Source: an uncultured Candidatus Marinamargulisbacteria bacterium (lineage in GTDB: Bacteria; Margulisbacteria; Riflemargulisbacteria; GWF2-35-9). Taken from it: 46,168 nucleotides of DNA. This document shows, in pieces, positions 37,163 through 46,168 of this stretch; the first letter of the stretch is position 1, and each line of letters begins with the position of its first letter. Location: NCBI GenBank assembly GCA_964358175.1, contig CAYHOI010000003.1, positions 1 through 46,168 on the forward strand, written 5' to 3'. Below the pieces are notes generated by a model. The model was not told the DNA's origin, made no database searches, and saw only the letters and a program-made list of their open reading frames with translations. A program made the translations under genes and the position numbers.

Positions 37163-37251
37163 TAAGGGAAAGTATACCGCGATTAAAAGAGTTCTGGAAA
37201 GGCCGGGCAATGCCATTGACGACTGACCATTATTTCTGTACCATTAGCTTA

Positions 37252-37827
37252 ATGGTTGACCTTCTGCCCTGTCTTATCCAGTCCAAGGTTAAACGCAAGT
37301 TGTTAAAACTTTTTCTTTTTAATAAGAACAAGAAATTTCATACACGGGAATTAAGCCGAGTGGTGGAGGAGCCTATTTCGGCGGTGCAACGAGAAATTAA
37401 GAAGTTACTGGAGCTTCAAATCATTGTTAAACTCCCAGAAGGGAATCTTGTAAATTACTTTGTAAATACACAGTCGCCTTTCTTTGAGGATTTAAAGGCC
37501 GTTATATTAAAAACAACAACGGAGCCAAAAGACTTTTTTAGGCTGTTAATTAATACTAAAACCATTCAAAAGATTTATTTGCATGGAGAGACCGTTAAAT
37601 CACCGATGAAATTTTCAGAACCCGTTAAACTTTTGATTGTCGGAACGATGGATGAGCCGGATGTTCACGAGTATCTTACTGCAATAATGGAGATATTTAA
37701 TCGTGATTATGAGTTAATTTATTTAGATCCGGATGCCTTTGAGAAATCAAAGCTCGATGGTGGGCAAATGGGTGGGATTTTGAAGAGCAAGAGCCTTTTG
37801 CAGCTTAAGAATAATGATTCAGGTTGA
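37252..37827 (+). CDS. Winged-HTH protein with degenerate nucleotidyltransferase-like domain
   Basis: SKVKRKLLKLF...HTRELSR...SAVQREIKKL...GNLVNYFVN; promoter TTGACG-17-TACCAT 7 nt before ATG 37252. Confidence 0.75.
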   Translation: MVDLLPCLIQSKVKRKLLKLFLFNKNKKFHTRELSRVVEEPISAVQREIKKLLELQIIVKLPEGNLVNYFVNTQSPFFEDLKAVILKTTTEPKDFFRLLINTKTIQKIYLHGETVKSPMKFSEPVKLLIVGTMDEPDVHEYLTAIMEIFNRDYELIYLDPDAFEKSKLDGGQMGGILKSKSLLQLKNNDSG

Positions 37828-37866
37828 TGCTTTGAATGCCCACACCTTTTCTGTTCCTAAAAAATC

Positions 37867-37994
37867 TATACTTCGACCGAATTGGGTTTCGGTTTTTTAA
37901 AAACCTGAAAACTAATCGCACTTCGACAAGCTCAGTGACCGCTCAGCATAACTCAGACTAAACTGGTTCCAAAAACCACTCAAGTCTGAGTATA
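37867..37994 (+). mobile_element. MITE-like family A, copy 3 (128 bp, one REP-like insert)
   Basis: TATACTTCGAC...GTCTGAGTATA; 23-bp insert at 37920-37942. Confidence 0.85.
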
Positions 37995-38012
37995 TGTTCA
38001 TCGATGCCTTGA

Positions 38013-39050
38013 TTATTTTTTTACAAAATATTTTCCACTGAGTTCACGAATTAGATTTTGAAGAAGAAGAAAAGATAGACTGCTCATGAGCTGAGAGGCA
38101 GGGATGCTCAACTTTGACTGAAGCGTATCTATATGAATAGGTTCAGGCCCAATGTGTTTTAAAACCTCTAATTCCTGCACAGAAAGCACATAATGAGGTT
38201 CACTAGGGAGTAATTTGGAGGGCGGAGTTAGCCAGGTTAGTTCATCAAGGATATCCTGGATAGACCGAACGAGTTTTGCCCCTTTTTGAATCAACAAATT
38301 TGGGCCTGCACTAAATTCATCAGTAGGACGACCAGGAACCGCAAAAACCTCACGATTATAGGATAATGCTTGATCAGCCGTAATGAGGGAGCCTCCAGAA
38401 GTAGCAGACTCGACCACAACGACGCCAACACTCAGGCCTGCGATAATCCGGTTGCGAAGTGGGAAAGTCCAGCGGTCTGCCGGATGAAGAGGGGGAAACT
38501 CTGTAACCAATAGACCATGGGCCTCAATTTCTTTATACAGTTTGCGATGGCTTGCCGGGTAGACTCGGTCAATTCCATGTCCTAGTACGGCGATAGTAAG
38601 CCCAGATTCCATTGCACCGCGGTGCGCAGCAGCATCGATACCTTCAGCAAGTCCGCTTACAACGACGAAATTGTAGTTCGCAAGCTCTCTAGAAAGATCA
38701 GTCGCAAATTGTGTATAGTAGAGAGTTGCTTTTCGCGTACCAACCATACCCATCATGGAGTCCTTCTCAAGCAACTTCAGATTTCCTTTAGCATATAAGA
38801 TAAATGGGAAATCGGGAATTTCTCGTAAGCGTGAGGGGTAGCGTTCATCTAAATAAGAAAGGATTTCTACAAAATGATCCATGCAGTACTGGCGAGATTC
38901 CTGAATGAACTTTGTGTAATCATGGGTGAGATATAAATATGCAGACAGATCCCTCCCTGAGACCAAAGCGCTTCGAAGCTGTCGCTGGATATCAGCTGGA
39001 GCATAGAAAGCTGAAAGGAGAAGATCAGATTGTTGATGAGTGGTGAGCAT
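38013..39050 (-). CDS. dprA: DNA-processing protein DprA
   Basis: VGTRKAT, VSGLAEGIDAAAH, FPLRNRIIAGL, SGSLITA-like motif, REVFAVPG; likely start ATG 39050. Confidence 0.95.
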   Translation of the reverse strand: MLTTHQQSDLLLSAFYAPADIQRQLRSALVSGRDLSAYLYLTHDYTKFIQESRQYCMDHFVEILSYLDERYPSRLREIPDFPFILYAKGNLKLLEKDSMMGMVGTRKATLYYTQFATDLSRELANYNFVVVSGLAEGIDAAAHRGAMESGLTIAVLGHGIDRVYPASHRKLYKEIEAHGLLVTEFPPLHPADRWTFPLRNRIIAGLSVGVVVVESATSGGSLITADQALSYNREVFAVPGRPTDEFSAGPNLLIQKGAKLVRSIQDILDELTWLTPPSKLLPSEPHYVLSVQELEVLKHIGPEPIHIDTLQSKLSIPASQLMSSLSFLLLQNLIRELSGKYFVKK

Positions 39051-40170
39051 GAAGAGTGATCCTTGTTTGACGGTCAACGGCAAGAATATCCTCTAGAGAG
39101 GGTGATTTGATAGGTTGATGATGCTCAAGGCAATGTTCAATAAGAGGAACAATTTGATCAAAACGAATTTTATTGTGAAGAAATAACGAAACAGCCTCTT
39201 CATTTGCGGCACTAAATGAGGTTGGCCATGTCTGACCCTTTAGCCCAACCTCATAGGCAAGTTTAAGCCCTCTAAACTTGTCTAGATCTGGAGGAAGAAA
39301 CTCAAGTGATGTATTTTCAAGTCTGAGTGGGTGTTCTCGAAAGGGCAGGATTTTTCGAGAACTAAGTGCGTAGAGGATGGGCATTTTCATTGTAGGTGCA
39401 CTAAGTTGAGCGATTATAGCGCCGTTACGAAGTTCAATCATCCCATGAACAACGCTCTGTGGATGAATGAGCACATCGATTTTGGAATAGGGAAGCCGAA
39501 AAAGCCAATGTGCTTCAATAACCTCTAAGCCTTTGTTAATTAAAGTGGCACTATCAATTGTTATTTTATCACCCATAATCCAATTGGGATGCTTTAGTGC
39601 TTGCGAAAGGGTGACTTGAGAAAGGTCCTCTTGATGTAGAAAAGGCCCCCCGGAAGCGGTCAGGATCAATCGTGAAATATCAGGTTTTTTGAATCCGTTA
39701 AGACATAAGTCAATGGCAGCATGCTCACTGTCAATGGGATACAATTTTCGTTTGTATTTACGCAGAAATGAATTTACAAGATGCCCTGCTGCGACCAGAA
39801 CCTCTTTTGATGCGAGAGCAATGTCCTTGCCGGATTCGATCGCTGCTAGGGTTGGCTGAAGAGCTGCGGTTCCTACAATGGCGACACACACCATTTGTGC
39901 CTCAACCTGAGAGACAAGGTTTGTCAGACCGGATGTCCCATAAAAGAATACAGTATTTGGAAACTTAACTTTCAAGAAATCAGCATGTGGTTTTTCGCAA
40001 ACAGCGACAAAAGAAGGGCTAAACCGTATGATTTGTTTTTCAAGAAGAGATAAGTTCTGGTGACCACTAATCCCCACTAATTTAAAATGGTCGGAATAAT
40101 TTGCAATAATCTCGAGTGCTTGAATGCCAATTTTTCCTGTTGATCCTAGGACAATGATGCTGCGGGTCAT
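39025..40170 (-). CDS. dxr: 1-deoxy-D-xylulose-5-phosphate reductoisomerase
   Basis: LGSTGKIG, PIDSEH, LTASGGPF, HPNWIMG.KITIDSAT; start ATG 40170. Confidence 0.96.
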   Translation of the reverse strand: MTRSIIVLGSTGKIGIQALEIIANYSDHFKLVGISGHQNLSLLEKQIIRFSPSFVAVCEKPHADFLKVKFPNTVFFYGTSGLTNLVSQVEAQMVCVAIVGTAALQPTLAAIESGKDIALASKEVLVAAGHLVNSFLRKYKRKLYPIDSEHAAIDLCLNGFKKPDISRLILTASGGPFLHQEDLSQVTLSQALKHPNWIMGDKITIDSATLINKGLEVIEAHWLFRLPYSKIDVLIHPQSVVHGMIELRNGAIIAQLSAPTMKMPILYALSSRKILPFREHPLRLENTSLEFLPPDLDKFRGLKLAYEVGLKGQTWPTSFSAANEEAVSLFLHNKIRFDQIVPLIEHCLEHHQPIKSPSLEDILAVDRQTRITLHAHHSSTI

Positions 40171-40171
40171 G

Positions 40172-41056
40172 TTAGAGGTGTAAAATGAGAGCCAAGTAGT
40201 AGTAAACAACGGGAGCGAGGAGAATGAAGCTATCAGCTCGATCAAGTATCCCTCCGTGTCCAGGGAGGATATTGCTAGAATCTTTTGCGTGGTAAGTTCG
40301 CTTGATGAGGGACTCATAAAGATCACCAGCCTGTCCCAGCAACCCGATGAGTGCACCAAGGGTAATGCTATGCCACAAACCAACATGTAGTGCAAAAAAA
40401 CGGTTGGTGATAGAGGGGGAAACGTTATTTGCGACCCCTGAAATGAGCAACCAGGAAACGAGCACAGCGGCTAAAAAGCCCCCCAAAGCACCTTCTAGCG
40501 TTTTTTGGGGACTGATTTCTGGGTTAAGTTTATGACGTCCAAGCGTACTCCCAACCAAGTAAGCAACAATATCTAAAGACCAGATGGTAAATAGGACATA
40601 AAAGATTAACTCCTTACCATAAGGCAAGTTGCGAATAAGGATAAAGTACGCGTAAAACCAACCGATATAAACGATTCCTCGAAGGGTCACAAAGAGTTTG
40701 CGATTAAAGAAAAGAATTCGTCTACTACTCAGTTCCAGGAGAAATGCGATTAAGAAACAAAGGGATAACCCGATGACCAGGGGGGAGTGCCAGAAGAATT
40801 GAGTTTCTCGAATAAAAGCCAAAAGAATAAGTGTAATGGCAATAAAATGACCGGAAAGAAAAAAGGGTTCTTCCTCATGATAGGCCATATGAAAGAACTC
40901 ATTCAGACTTAAAACTGCAATACTAATAACGAAGACCAAAAAGGGCAGAGAACCGTAAGGCGGTAAGTCGAACAAGATGATTGTTATGACAATCGGTGCC
41001 AATAGAAGAATTGTCATACTACGCTGAAGAAGTTTTTTTAGCGAGATTCTATGCAT
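40172..41056 (-). CDS. cdsA: Phosphatidate cytidylyltransferase
   Basis: SPQKTLEG, GDLYESLIKR, KDSSNILPGHGGILDR. Confidence 0.95.
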   Translation of the reverse strand: MHRISLKKLLQRSMTILLLAPIVITIILFDLPPYGSLPFLVFVISIAVLSLNEFFHMAYHEEEPFFLSGHFIAITLILLAFIRETQFFWHSPLVIGLSLCFLIAFLLELSSRRILFFNRKLFVTLRGIVYIGWFYAYFILIRNLPYGKELIFYVLFTIWSLDIVAYLVGSTLGRHKLNPEISPQKTLEGALGGFLAAVLVSWLLISGVANNVSPSITNRFFALHVGLWHSITLGALIGLLGQAGDLYESLIKRTYHAKDSSNILPGHGGILDRADSFILLAPVVYYYLALILHL

Positions 41057-41744
41057 TAAGACCCCCGTATTTTCGGTCACGTGCATTAAAATCCTCAATG
41101 GCTTTTAGCAATAGCTGTTTGTTAAATTCTGGCCAACAGTGTGGGGTAACCCAGAGTTCAGAGTAAGCAGATTGCCACAGCATGAAATTGCTTAAGCGCA
41201 GGTCGCCACCAGTCCGAATAACCAAGTCGGGATCTGGGCAATCTCGGGTATAGAGATAATGAGAAAATTTTTCCTCTGTAAAGGAAGTTTCTGCATTGGC
41301 AATCATTTGCGAAAAGGCCCGAAGGATCTCTTGTCTACCCCCATAATTAACCATGAGATTCAGTCTTAAAGAGGTGTTCTCTCTCGTAAGATTCTCGGCC
41401 CAATCGATTTTTTTTCTTAGAGAAGGACTTAGTTTCTCGAGCTCTCCAAGAAAGCGAACTTGAACCCCTCTCTGGTGAAGCTCTGTGACTTCTTTGACCA
41501 GTAAAGAGTCAAGAGTTTTCATGAGGAAATTGACCTCCACTTCTGGTCGTTTCCAGTTTTCGGTTGAAAAAACATAAACCGAGAGGAACTCAATCCCTAG
41601 GGAGTAAACATCTTTGATCGTTTGCTTCAGCACTTTAATGCCTTGTTTGTGTCCAAGTGTACGTGGAAGACCCTTTTGCTGAGCCCATCGGCCATTCCCA
41701 TCCATAATGATAGCCACGTGTTTCGGAACCACAGAAGGAGCCAT
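41049..41744 (-). CDS. uppS: Undecaprenyl diphosphate synthase
   Basis: HVAIIMDGNGRWA, FSTENWKRP, RTGGDLRLSNF. Confidence 0.97.
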   Translation of the reverse strand: MAPSVVPKHVAIIMDGNGRWAQQKGLPRTLGHKQGIKVLKQTIKDVYSLGIEFLSVYVFSTENWKRPEVEVNFLMKTLDSLLVKEVTELHQRGVQVRFLGELEKLSPSLRKKIDWAENLTRENTSLRLNLMVNYGGRQEILRAFSQMIANAETSFTEEKFSHYLYTRDCPDPDLVIRTGGDLRLSNFMLWQSAYSELWVTPHCWPEFNKQLLLKAIEDFNARDRKYGGLNA

Positions 41745-42278
41745 TCAAATTTCCATGATCTCTTTCTCTTTATGCTTTAGAAGATCATCAACGAGAGAAT
41801 TATGATGATCAGTAACCTTCTGGATTTCGTGCTCCTGACGCTTGAGGTCATCTTCACTGAGAAGCTTATTCTTCTTTGTTGTTTCCATAAAATCACGACG
41901 AATATTACGCAGAGCGATACGAGCATCTTCAGCCATCTTCTTGACAACCTTGTCGAGCTCCTTGCGTCGCTCTTCTGTAAGCGTTGGGATGGGCAGACGC
42001 AGAGTATGGCCATCACTCTGGGGATTGAGACCGAGGTCAGCCTTGGTGATCCCTTTCTCTACATCATTAATAGTACTTCGATCAAAAGGGGTAACAACAA
42101 GCGTACTGGTATCTTGAACATGGATAGACGCTACTTGCTTTAAGGGGAGAATAGAGCCATAACATTCTACCCGAACCCTAGACAAAATATCAGGACTAGC
42201 TCTACCTGTACGCACAGTGGCAAAGCTTTGTTTTAGACTTTCCATTGCTTTGTCCATTTTGTCTGTTAATTCACTCAT
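41745..42278 (-). CDS. frr: Ribosome recycling factor
   Basis: VRTGRASP, LGLNP, LTEERRKEL, KEKEIMEI. Confidence 0.97.
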   Translation of the reverse strand: MSELTDKMDKAMESLKQSFATVRTGRASPDILSRVRVECYGSILPLKQVASIHVQDTSTLVVTPFDRSTINDVEKGITKADLGLNPQSDGHTLRLPIPTLTEERRKELDKVVKKMAEDARIALRNIRRDFMETTKKNKLLSEDDLKRQEHEIQKVTDHHNSLVDDLLKHKEKEIMEI

Positions 42279-42299
42279 AGCGGTCTCCTTTCGGTTGAT

Positions 42300-43034
42300 C
42301 TATTGGATGAGTGTTCCGACATCTTCACCCTGTAGTACACGACTGATATTTCCAGGAACAGTCAGGTTAAAAACAAGAAGAGGAATATTATTGTCTTTGC
42401 TGAGAGTAACGGCGGTTGAGTCCATGACCCTCAAATCCTGATGAAGAACGTCCCGATAACTAATCGTTCGATACATCACTGCGTCAGCATGTTGTACGGG
42501 ATCCTTGTCATAGACACCATCTACCTTAGTGGCTTTCAAAATAACATCAGCCCCAATTTCAATGGCACGAAGAACCGCAGTTGTATCGGTCGTAAAATAG
42601 GGATTGCCTGTTCCACCGGCAAAAATAACCACTCTGTTTTTTTCAAGGTGGCGAATGGCACGTCTGAGGATAAAAGGTTCAGCAACTTGTCGAATTTCAA
42701 AGGAAGTTTGAACTCGGGAATAAACGCCCTCATTTTCCAGGGCATCCTGAAGAGCCAGGGCATTCATGATCGTTGCAAGCATGCCCATATAATCAGCGGC
42801 AACACGATTCATTCCGTTAGCGGAAGCACTCATTCCACGAAAGATATTGCCACCACCGATTACAATGGCCAACTCTGTCTTAGTTAGAACGATCTCATGA
42901 ATTTCCTTAGCAAGATCTCGAAGGAACAGAGGATCAATGCCATATTTTCGAGAACCTAAGAAGGCCTCGCCACTCAATTTTAGAAGAACGCGCTTATACT
43001 TATTAATAGAAACACCCTCCAAACATAACTTCAT
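42300..43034 (-). CDS. pyrH: UMP kinase
   Basis: [27 protein letters not shown]. Confidence 0.97.
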   Translation of the reverse strand: MKLCLEGVSINKYKRVLLKLSGEAFLGSRKYGIDPLFLRDLAKEIHEIVLTKTELAIVIGGGNIFRGMSASANGMNRVAADYMGMLATIMNALALQDALENEGVYSRVQTSFEIRQVAEPFILRRAIRHLEKNRVVIFAGGTGNPYFTTDTTAVLRAIEIGADVILKATKVDGVYDKDPVQHADAVMYRTISYRDVLHQDLRVMDSTAVTLSKDNNIPLLVFNLTVPGNISRVLQGEDVGTLIQ

Positions 43035-43672
43035 TATGACAAAAAATGAGGCGTGTGTCTATTTTCAGAATAAATTCCAAGACATTTGACTCGACTAAAT
43101 TGATGAATCAGCATCGCGTTTTCATTAGCAATTGACTCTGAAATGGCAGGAAAATTGTTCACAATAAATCCTAGAACAGGAATTTTCCTTTGCTTAAGGG
43201 CATTGAGGGAAAGAAGACTGTGATTAATGGTTCCAAGTCCGGGTCGAACAACAACAATAACAGTAACAGGAAGTACCTGAATCAAATCGAGCACCATATG
43301 CCGACGAGTAATGGGCACGTAAAGCCCCCCAGCTCCTTCAATGACAATAGAAGTGTACTGGTTCGAAAGCTTCTTCAGATCGGATTGAATTTTGGATAGA
43401 TGAATAATGCGATTTTCTAGCCGTGCCGCTTGAAAGGGAGAGAGGGCTGCCTGAAAGATGTAGCTACAACTTGTGCTGACTTTAAAGGAGGAACCTGTCA
43501 GTTGATTAACAGAGAGGACATCCTCAGAAAGCAAATGACCATTGTTAGGAATTCCACCTGTCTGGATAGGTTTATAATAAAAAGGGTTTTGGTCGGATAA
43601 TTCCTGGATAAGCTGGGCGCAAATGAATGTTTTTCCAACATGGGTATCTGTTCCCGTGACAAAGATGTTCAT
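43034..43672 (-). CDS. bioD: Dethiobiotin synthase
   Basis: [30 protein letters not shown]. Confidence 0.95.
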   Translation of the reverse strand: MNIFVTGTDTHVGKTFICAQLIQELSDQNPFYYKPIQTGGIPNNGHLLSEDVLSVNQLTGSSFKVSTSCSYIFQAALSPFQAARLENRIIHLSKIQSDLKKLSNQYTSIVIEGAGGLYVPITRRHMVLDLIQVLPVTVIVVVRPGLGTINHSLLSLNALKQRKIPVLGFIVNNFPAISESIANENAMLIHQFSRVKCLGIYSENRHTPHFLS

Positions 43673-46168
43673 TTTGCTTCAAGCCAATTTGATCCAACAC
43701 TGAGATTAATGGTAAGTGGAACGCTCAGTGTAGTAACAGTTTCCATGGTTTCTTTCAGAAGTTGTTTAATGGTATCAACTTCTTTGACAGGCGTTTCAAC
43801 AATTAGCTCATCATGAATTTGAAGAATAAGTTTGGCTTGCAGGGAATCAAGACGTTTGTGAACAGCGAGCATGGCGAGCTTGATAATGTCGGCTGCAGTT
43901 CCCTGAATGGGAGCATTGATGATCATCCGATCAAGTGTTGCTTGCTCCTTTTTGCCAAGATCGTTGTAATTACGAAAGTAGCGTTTGCGACCGAAAAGGG
44001 TAGCGACATAGCCCTGTCTTCGAGCCAGGTCTATGGTCTGGTCAATATAGATTTTGACCTGTGGATACCGCTCAAAATAGAGATGCAAGTAGTTTGCGGC
44101 TTCTTTTTGAGAGATCCCTAATCGTTGAGCCAATCCAAAAGCCTGCATTCCGTATGCTATCCCGAAATTAATTTCTTTGGCTTTGCGACGCATGGTGGGA
44201 GTAACATCTTGGTAAGGAATGGAAAATATTGTAGCTGCAGTTGCAGAATGTATATCTTCATCATTAAGGAACGCCGTCACCAGCCGTTCGTCCCGAGAAA
44301 TATGAGCAAGAATTCTTAGTTCAATTTGTGAATAATCAGCAAGAACCAAAAGATGACCTGGTTTTGCAACAAAAGCTTTTCGGATTTTTTCTCCATCCTC
44401 TGTACGAATGGGGATGTTTTGAAGATTAGGGTCACTACTGCTCAATCGGCCTGTTGCAGCAACGGTGATATTGAGAGAGGTATGAATACGCGACGCAGAA
44501 TCAACCAGCCTTGGAAGGACATCAATGTACGTATTGAGAAGCTTTGAAAGCTGCCGATAATCGATAAGAAGTTTTGCTATGGGATAATCAGTTGATAAAG
44601 CTTCTAAGACGTCAATATTCGTGCTTGCCCCACTTTGTATCTTCTTGACCACAGGAAGCCCCATTTTCTCAAACAAAATGGATGATAATTGTTTGGGCGA
44701 ATTGAGGTTAAACTCGTATCCTGCCAATGAGTATATGTGGCTTTGAAGTATTTCTAACCGTCGATGAAATTCTTTGGAGAGTTCACGTAAATGGTGGCAG
44801 TCAACCTGTATCCCTCTGTGCTCCATGTCGGATAAAATGGGAATAAGAGGCAAATCGATTGAGGTATAAATGTTGAAAAGATTTTCCTCGAGAAGTTGGG
44901 TGGAGAGGTGAGCATAAAGAGGAAGAAGTCCCTCTGCTCGCTGGCCACAAAAAAACCCCGCTCGTTCAGGTGAGAGTTTAGAAAGGGATGCAACCCCTTC
45001 TATCGACAAGAATGATTTTTGTGTTGGCAGATTCCGACCGAAATAGTCTGCAAGGCACTTTTCAATCGAATGAGAGGTTCGATCAGGATTTAATAAATAA
45101 GCCATTAACATGGTGTCTTCAGGTGTCGTCGAGAGCAAGAAATTTGAGCGATAACAAAAAGAAAATAAGTCTTTGGCTTGATGGCAAACCCAATGAATCG
45201 ATGAATGAGAGAACAGGGGTTTTAGGAGTGTCAAAGAGATTGATGTTTCTGCTGGCACATCAAACATGGGCCCCAGCGGAGACGGCGATTGAAGGACAAG
45301 ATAATAGGCCGTTCCAATTTCCCAGGAAAGTGCGATTCCGAGAAGTTGATCGTTTTCTAACGCAAGAAAACAAGCAACGACAGACGTGGTCGGAAGATGC
45401 GCGAATAGCGTTTTCAAGGCGACGGAGTCTTTAACAAGATGGATCGTAATTTCTCTTTCGTCGGTTGAAGGGGTAATGGTTTCCTGGGAGGGGAGCGCAT
45501 GAAGTCGTTTCAATAGACTCGTTAGTTCATATTGTTCCAAGAAACGACCGGCATCACTTGAGCGAAGCGAAAGAGGTGCAAAGGAAATGCTGAGGGGAAC
45601 GGCGCAGTAAATGGTTGCTAGTTGTTGGCTAAGGAAGGCGTTTTTTCTATCTTGAATAAGTTTTTGACGAAGAGAAGCGGAGGAAACTTGATCAAGATGA
45701 TCATAGAGGTTGTTAAGTGTGCCAAATTCGGCCAGAAGCTTAAGGGCAGTTTTATCTCCTACGCCCAGCACACCAGGGATATTATCAGAGGGATCTCCTT
45801 TTAGTGCCTTGAAATCAATGACCTGTGAGGGATCAAGTTCAAAGGTGTTTTTGATATTTTCGTGTGTAATGACTTCGACATCAGCGACCCCTCTTCGGGG
45901 AAGAATAAGAAAGGTTTGGGAATCAATTAATTGGAGAACATCTTTATCCCCCGTTAGAATGTAGCTGTGAATGGTGGGGATCTGATGTTTTGCCAGATGA
46001 GTTAAGGTTCCGATAACATCATCGGCTTCAAATCCGGGTTCCTCAAGCAACGAAACGCCGATAACCCGAACAAATTCTTTAATAAGAGGTAGCTGGCTAT
46101 GCAAGGCATCCGGCATTTTTTCGCGGTGAGCTTTATAGTCGGGATAAATATTGTGTCGAAAAGTCGGA
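43669..46168 (-). CDS. polA: DNA polymerase I, 5'-truncated by window edge
   Basis: 5'-3' exonuclease EADDVIG and GDPSDNIPG; polymerase TGRLSS.DPNLQNIP, ADYSQIELR, NAPIQGTAAD, QIHDEL. Confidence 0.97.
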   Translation of the reverse strand, partial: PTFRHNIYPDYKAHREKMPDALHSQLPLIKEFVRVIGVSLLEEPGFEADDVIGTLTHLAKHQIPTIHSYILTGDKDVLQLIDSQTFLILPRRGVADVEVITHENIKNTFELDPSQVIDFKALKGDPSDNIPGVLGVGDKTALKLLAEFGTLNNLYDHLDQVSSASLRQKLIQDRKNAFLSQQLATIYCAVPLSISFAPLSLRSSDAGRFLEQYELTSLLKRLHALPSQETITPSTDEREITIHLVKDSVALKTLFAHLPTTSVVACFLALENDQLLGIALSWEIGTAYYLVLQSPSPLGPMFDVPAETSISLTLLKPLFSHSSIHWVCHQAKDLFSFCYRSNFLLSTTPEDTMLMAYLLNPDRTSHSIEKCLADYFGRNLPTQKSFLSIEGVASLSKLSPERAGFFCGQRAEGLLPLYAHLSTQLLEENLFNIYTSIDLPLIPILSDMEHRGIQVDCHHLRELSKEFHRRLEILQSHIYSLAGYEFNLNSPKQLSSILFEKMGLPVVKKIQSGASTNIDVLEALSTDYPIAKLLIDYRQLSKLLNTYIDVLPRLVDSASRIHTSLNITVAATGRLSSSDPNLQNIPIRTEDGEKIRKAFVAKPGHLLVLADYSQIELRILAHISRDERLVTAFLNDEDIHSATAATIFSIPYQDVTPTMRRKAKEINFGIAYGMQAFGLAQRLGISQKEAANYLHLYFERYPQVKIYIDQTIDLARRQGYVATLFGRKRYFRNYNDLGKKEQATLDRMIINAPIQGTAADIIKLAMLAVHKRLDSLQAKLILQIHDELIVETPVKEVDTIKQLLKETMETVTTLSVPLTINLSVGSNWLEAK

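Noticed and set aside
37042..37251. Overlapping N-terminal extensions of the GATase and wHTH ORFs
   Set aside because: Divergent promoters and motif boundaries indicate starts at 37162 and 37252
40171..40395. Long N-terminal extension of dxr
   Set aside because: Overlaps cdsA; Dxr homology begins at MTRSIIVLGSTG
43002..43022. ATT start for pyrH after a GGAGG motif
   Set aside because: An in-frame ATG overlapping the bioD stop (TAATG) explains initiation; cannot be distinguished without data
44900..45450. Degenerate 3'-5' exonuclease domain of PolA
   Set aside because: Loss of proofreading residues is common in many bacterial Pol I enzymes

Overview
Bacterial chromosomal segment spanning the replication origin (dnaA-dnaN-recF-dciA-gyrB-gyrA, DnaA boxes on both sides of dnaA, two perfect parS sites, rsmG-parA-parB). 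YlqD and the gene order point to a Terrabacteria lineage; a Margulisbacteria-like relative of Cyanobacteria is a low-confidence guess. Most genes are housekeeping: the rpsP-rimM-trmD-rplS-lepB operon, feoAB, ychF, thiGH, dusB, nadE, mnmG, lepA, hemW, cmk, dprA, the dxr-cdsA-uppS-frr-pyrH cluster, bioD and a truncated polA. Features the ORF track does not explain: (1) an oriC-adjacent WYL regulator divergent from a frameshifted membrane/zinc-finger gene, with a PafBC-like promoter, the WYL gene itself fused to a broken rmuC; (2) two families of miniature inverted-repeat elements, one with nested REP-like inserts and compensatory base changes, one with 3-bp TAA target duplications; (3) a 25-aa histone-H1-like microprotein with its own promoter, RBS and hairpin; (4) a small protein resembling type III secretion needle subunits, two genes upstream of a pilin whose RBS can be sequestered; (5) several apparently leaderless genes. 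No CRISPR array, rRNA or transposase was seen.
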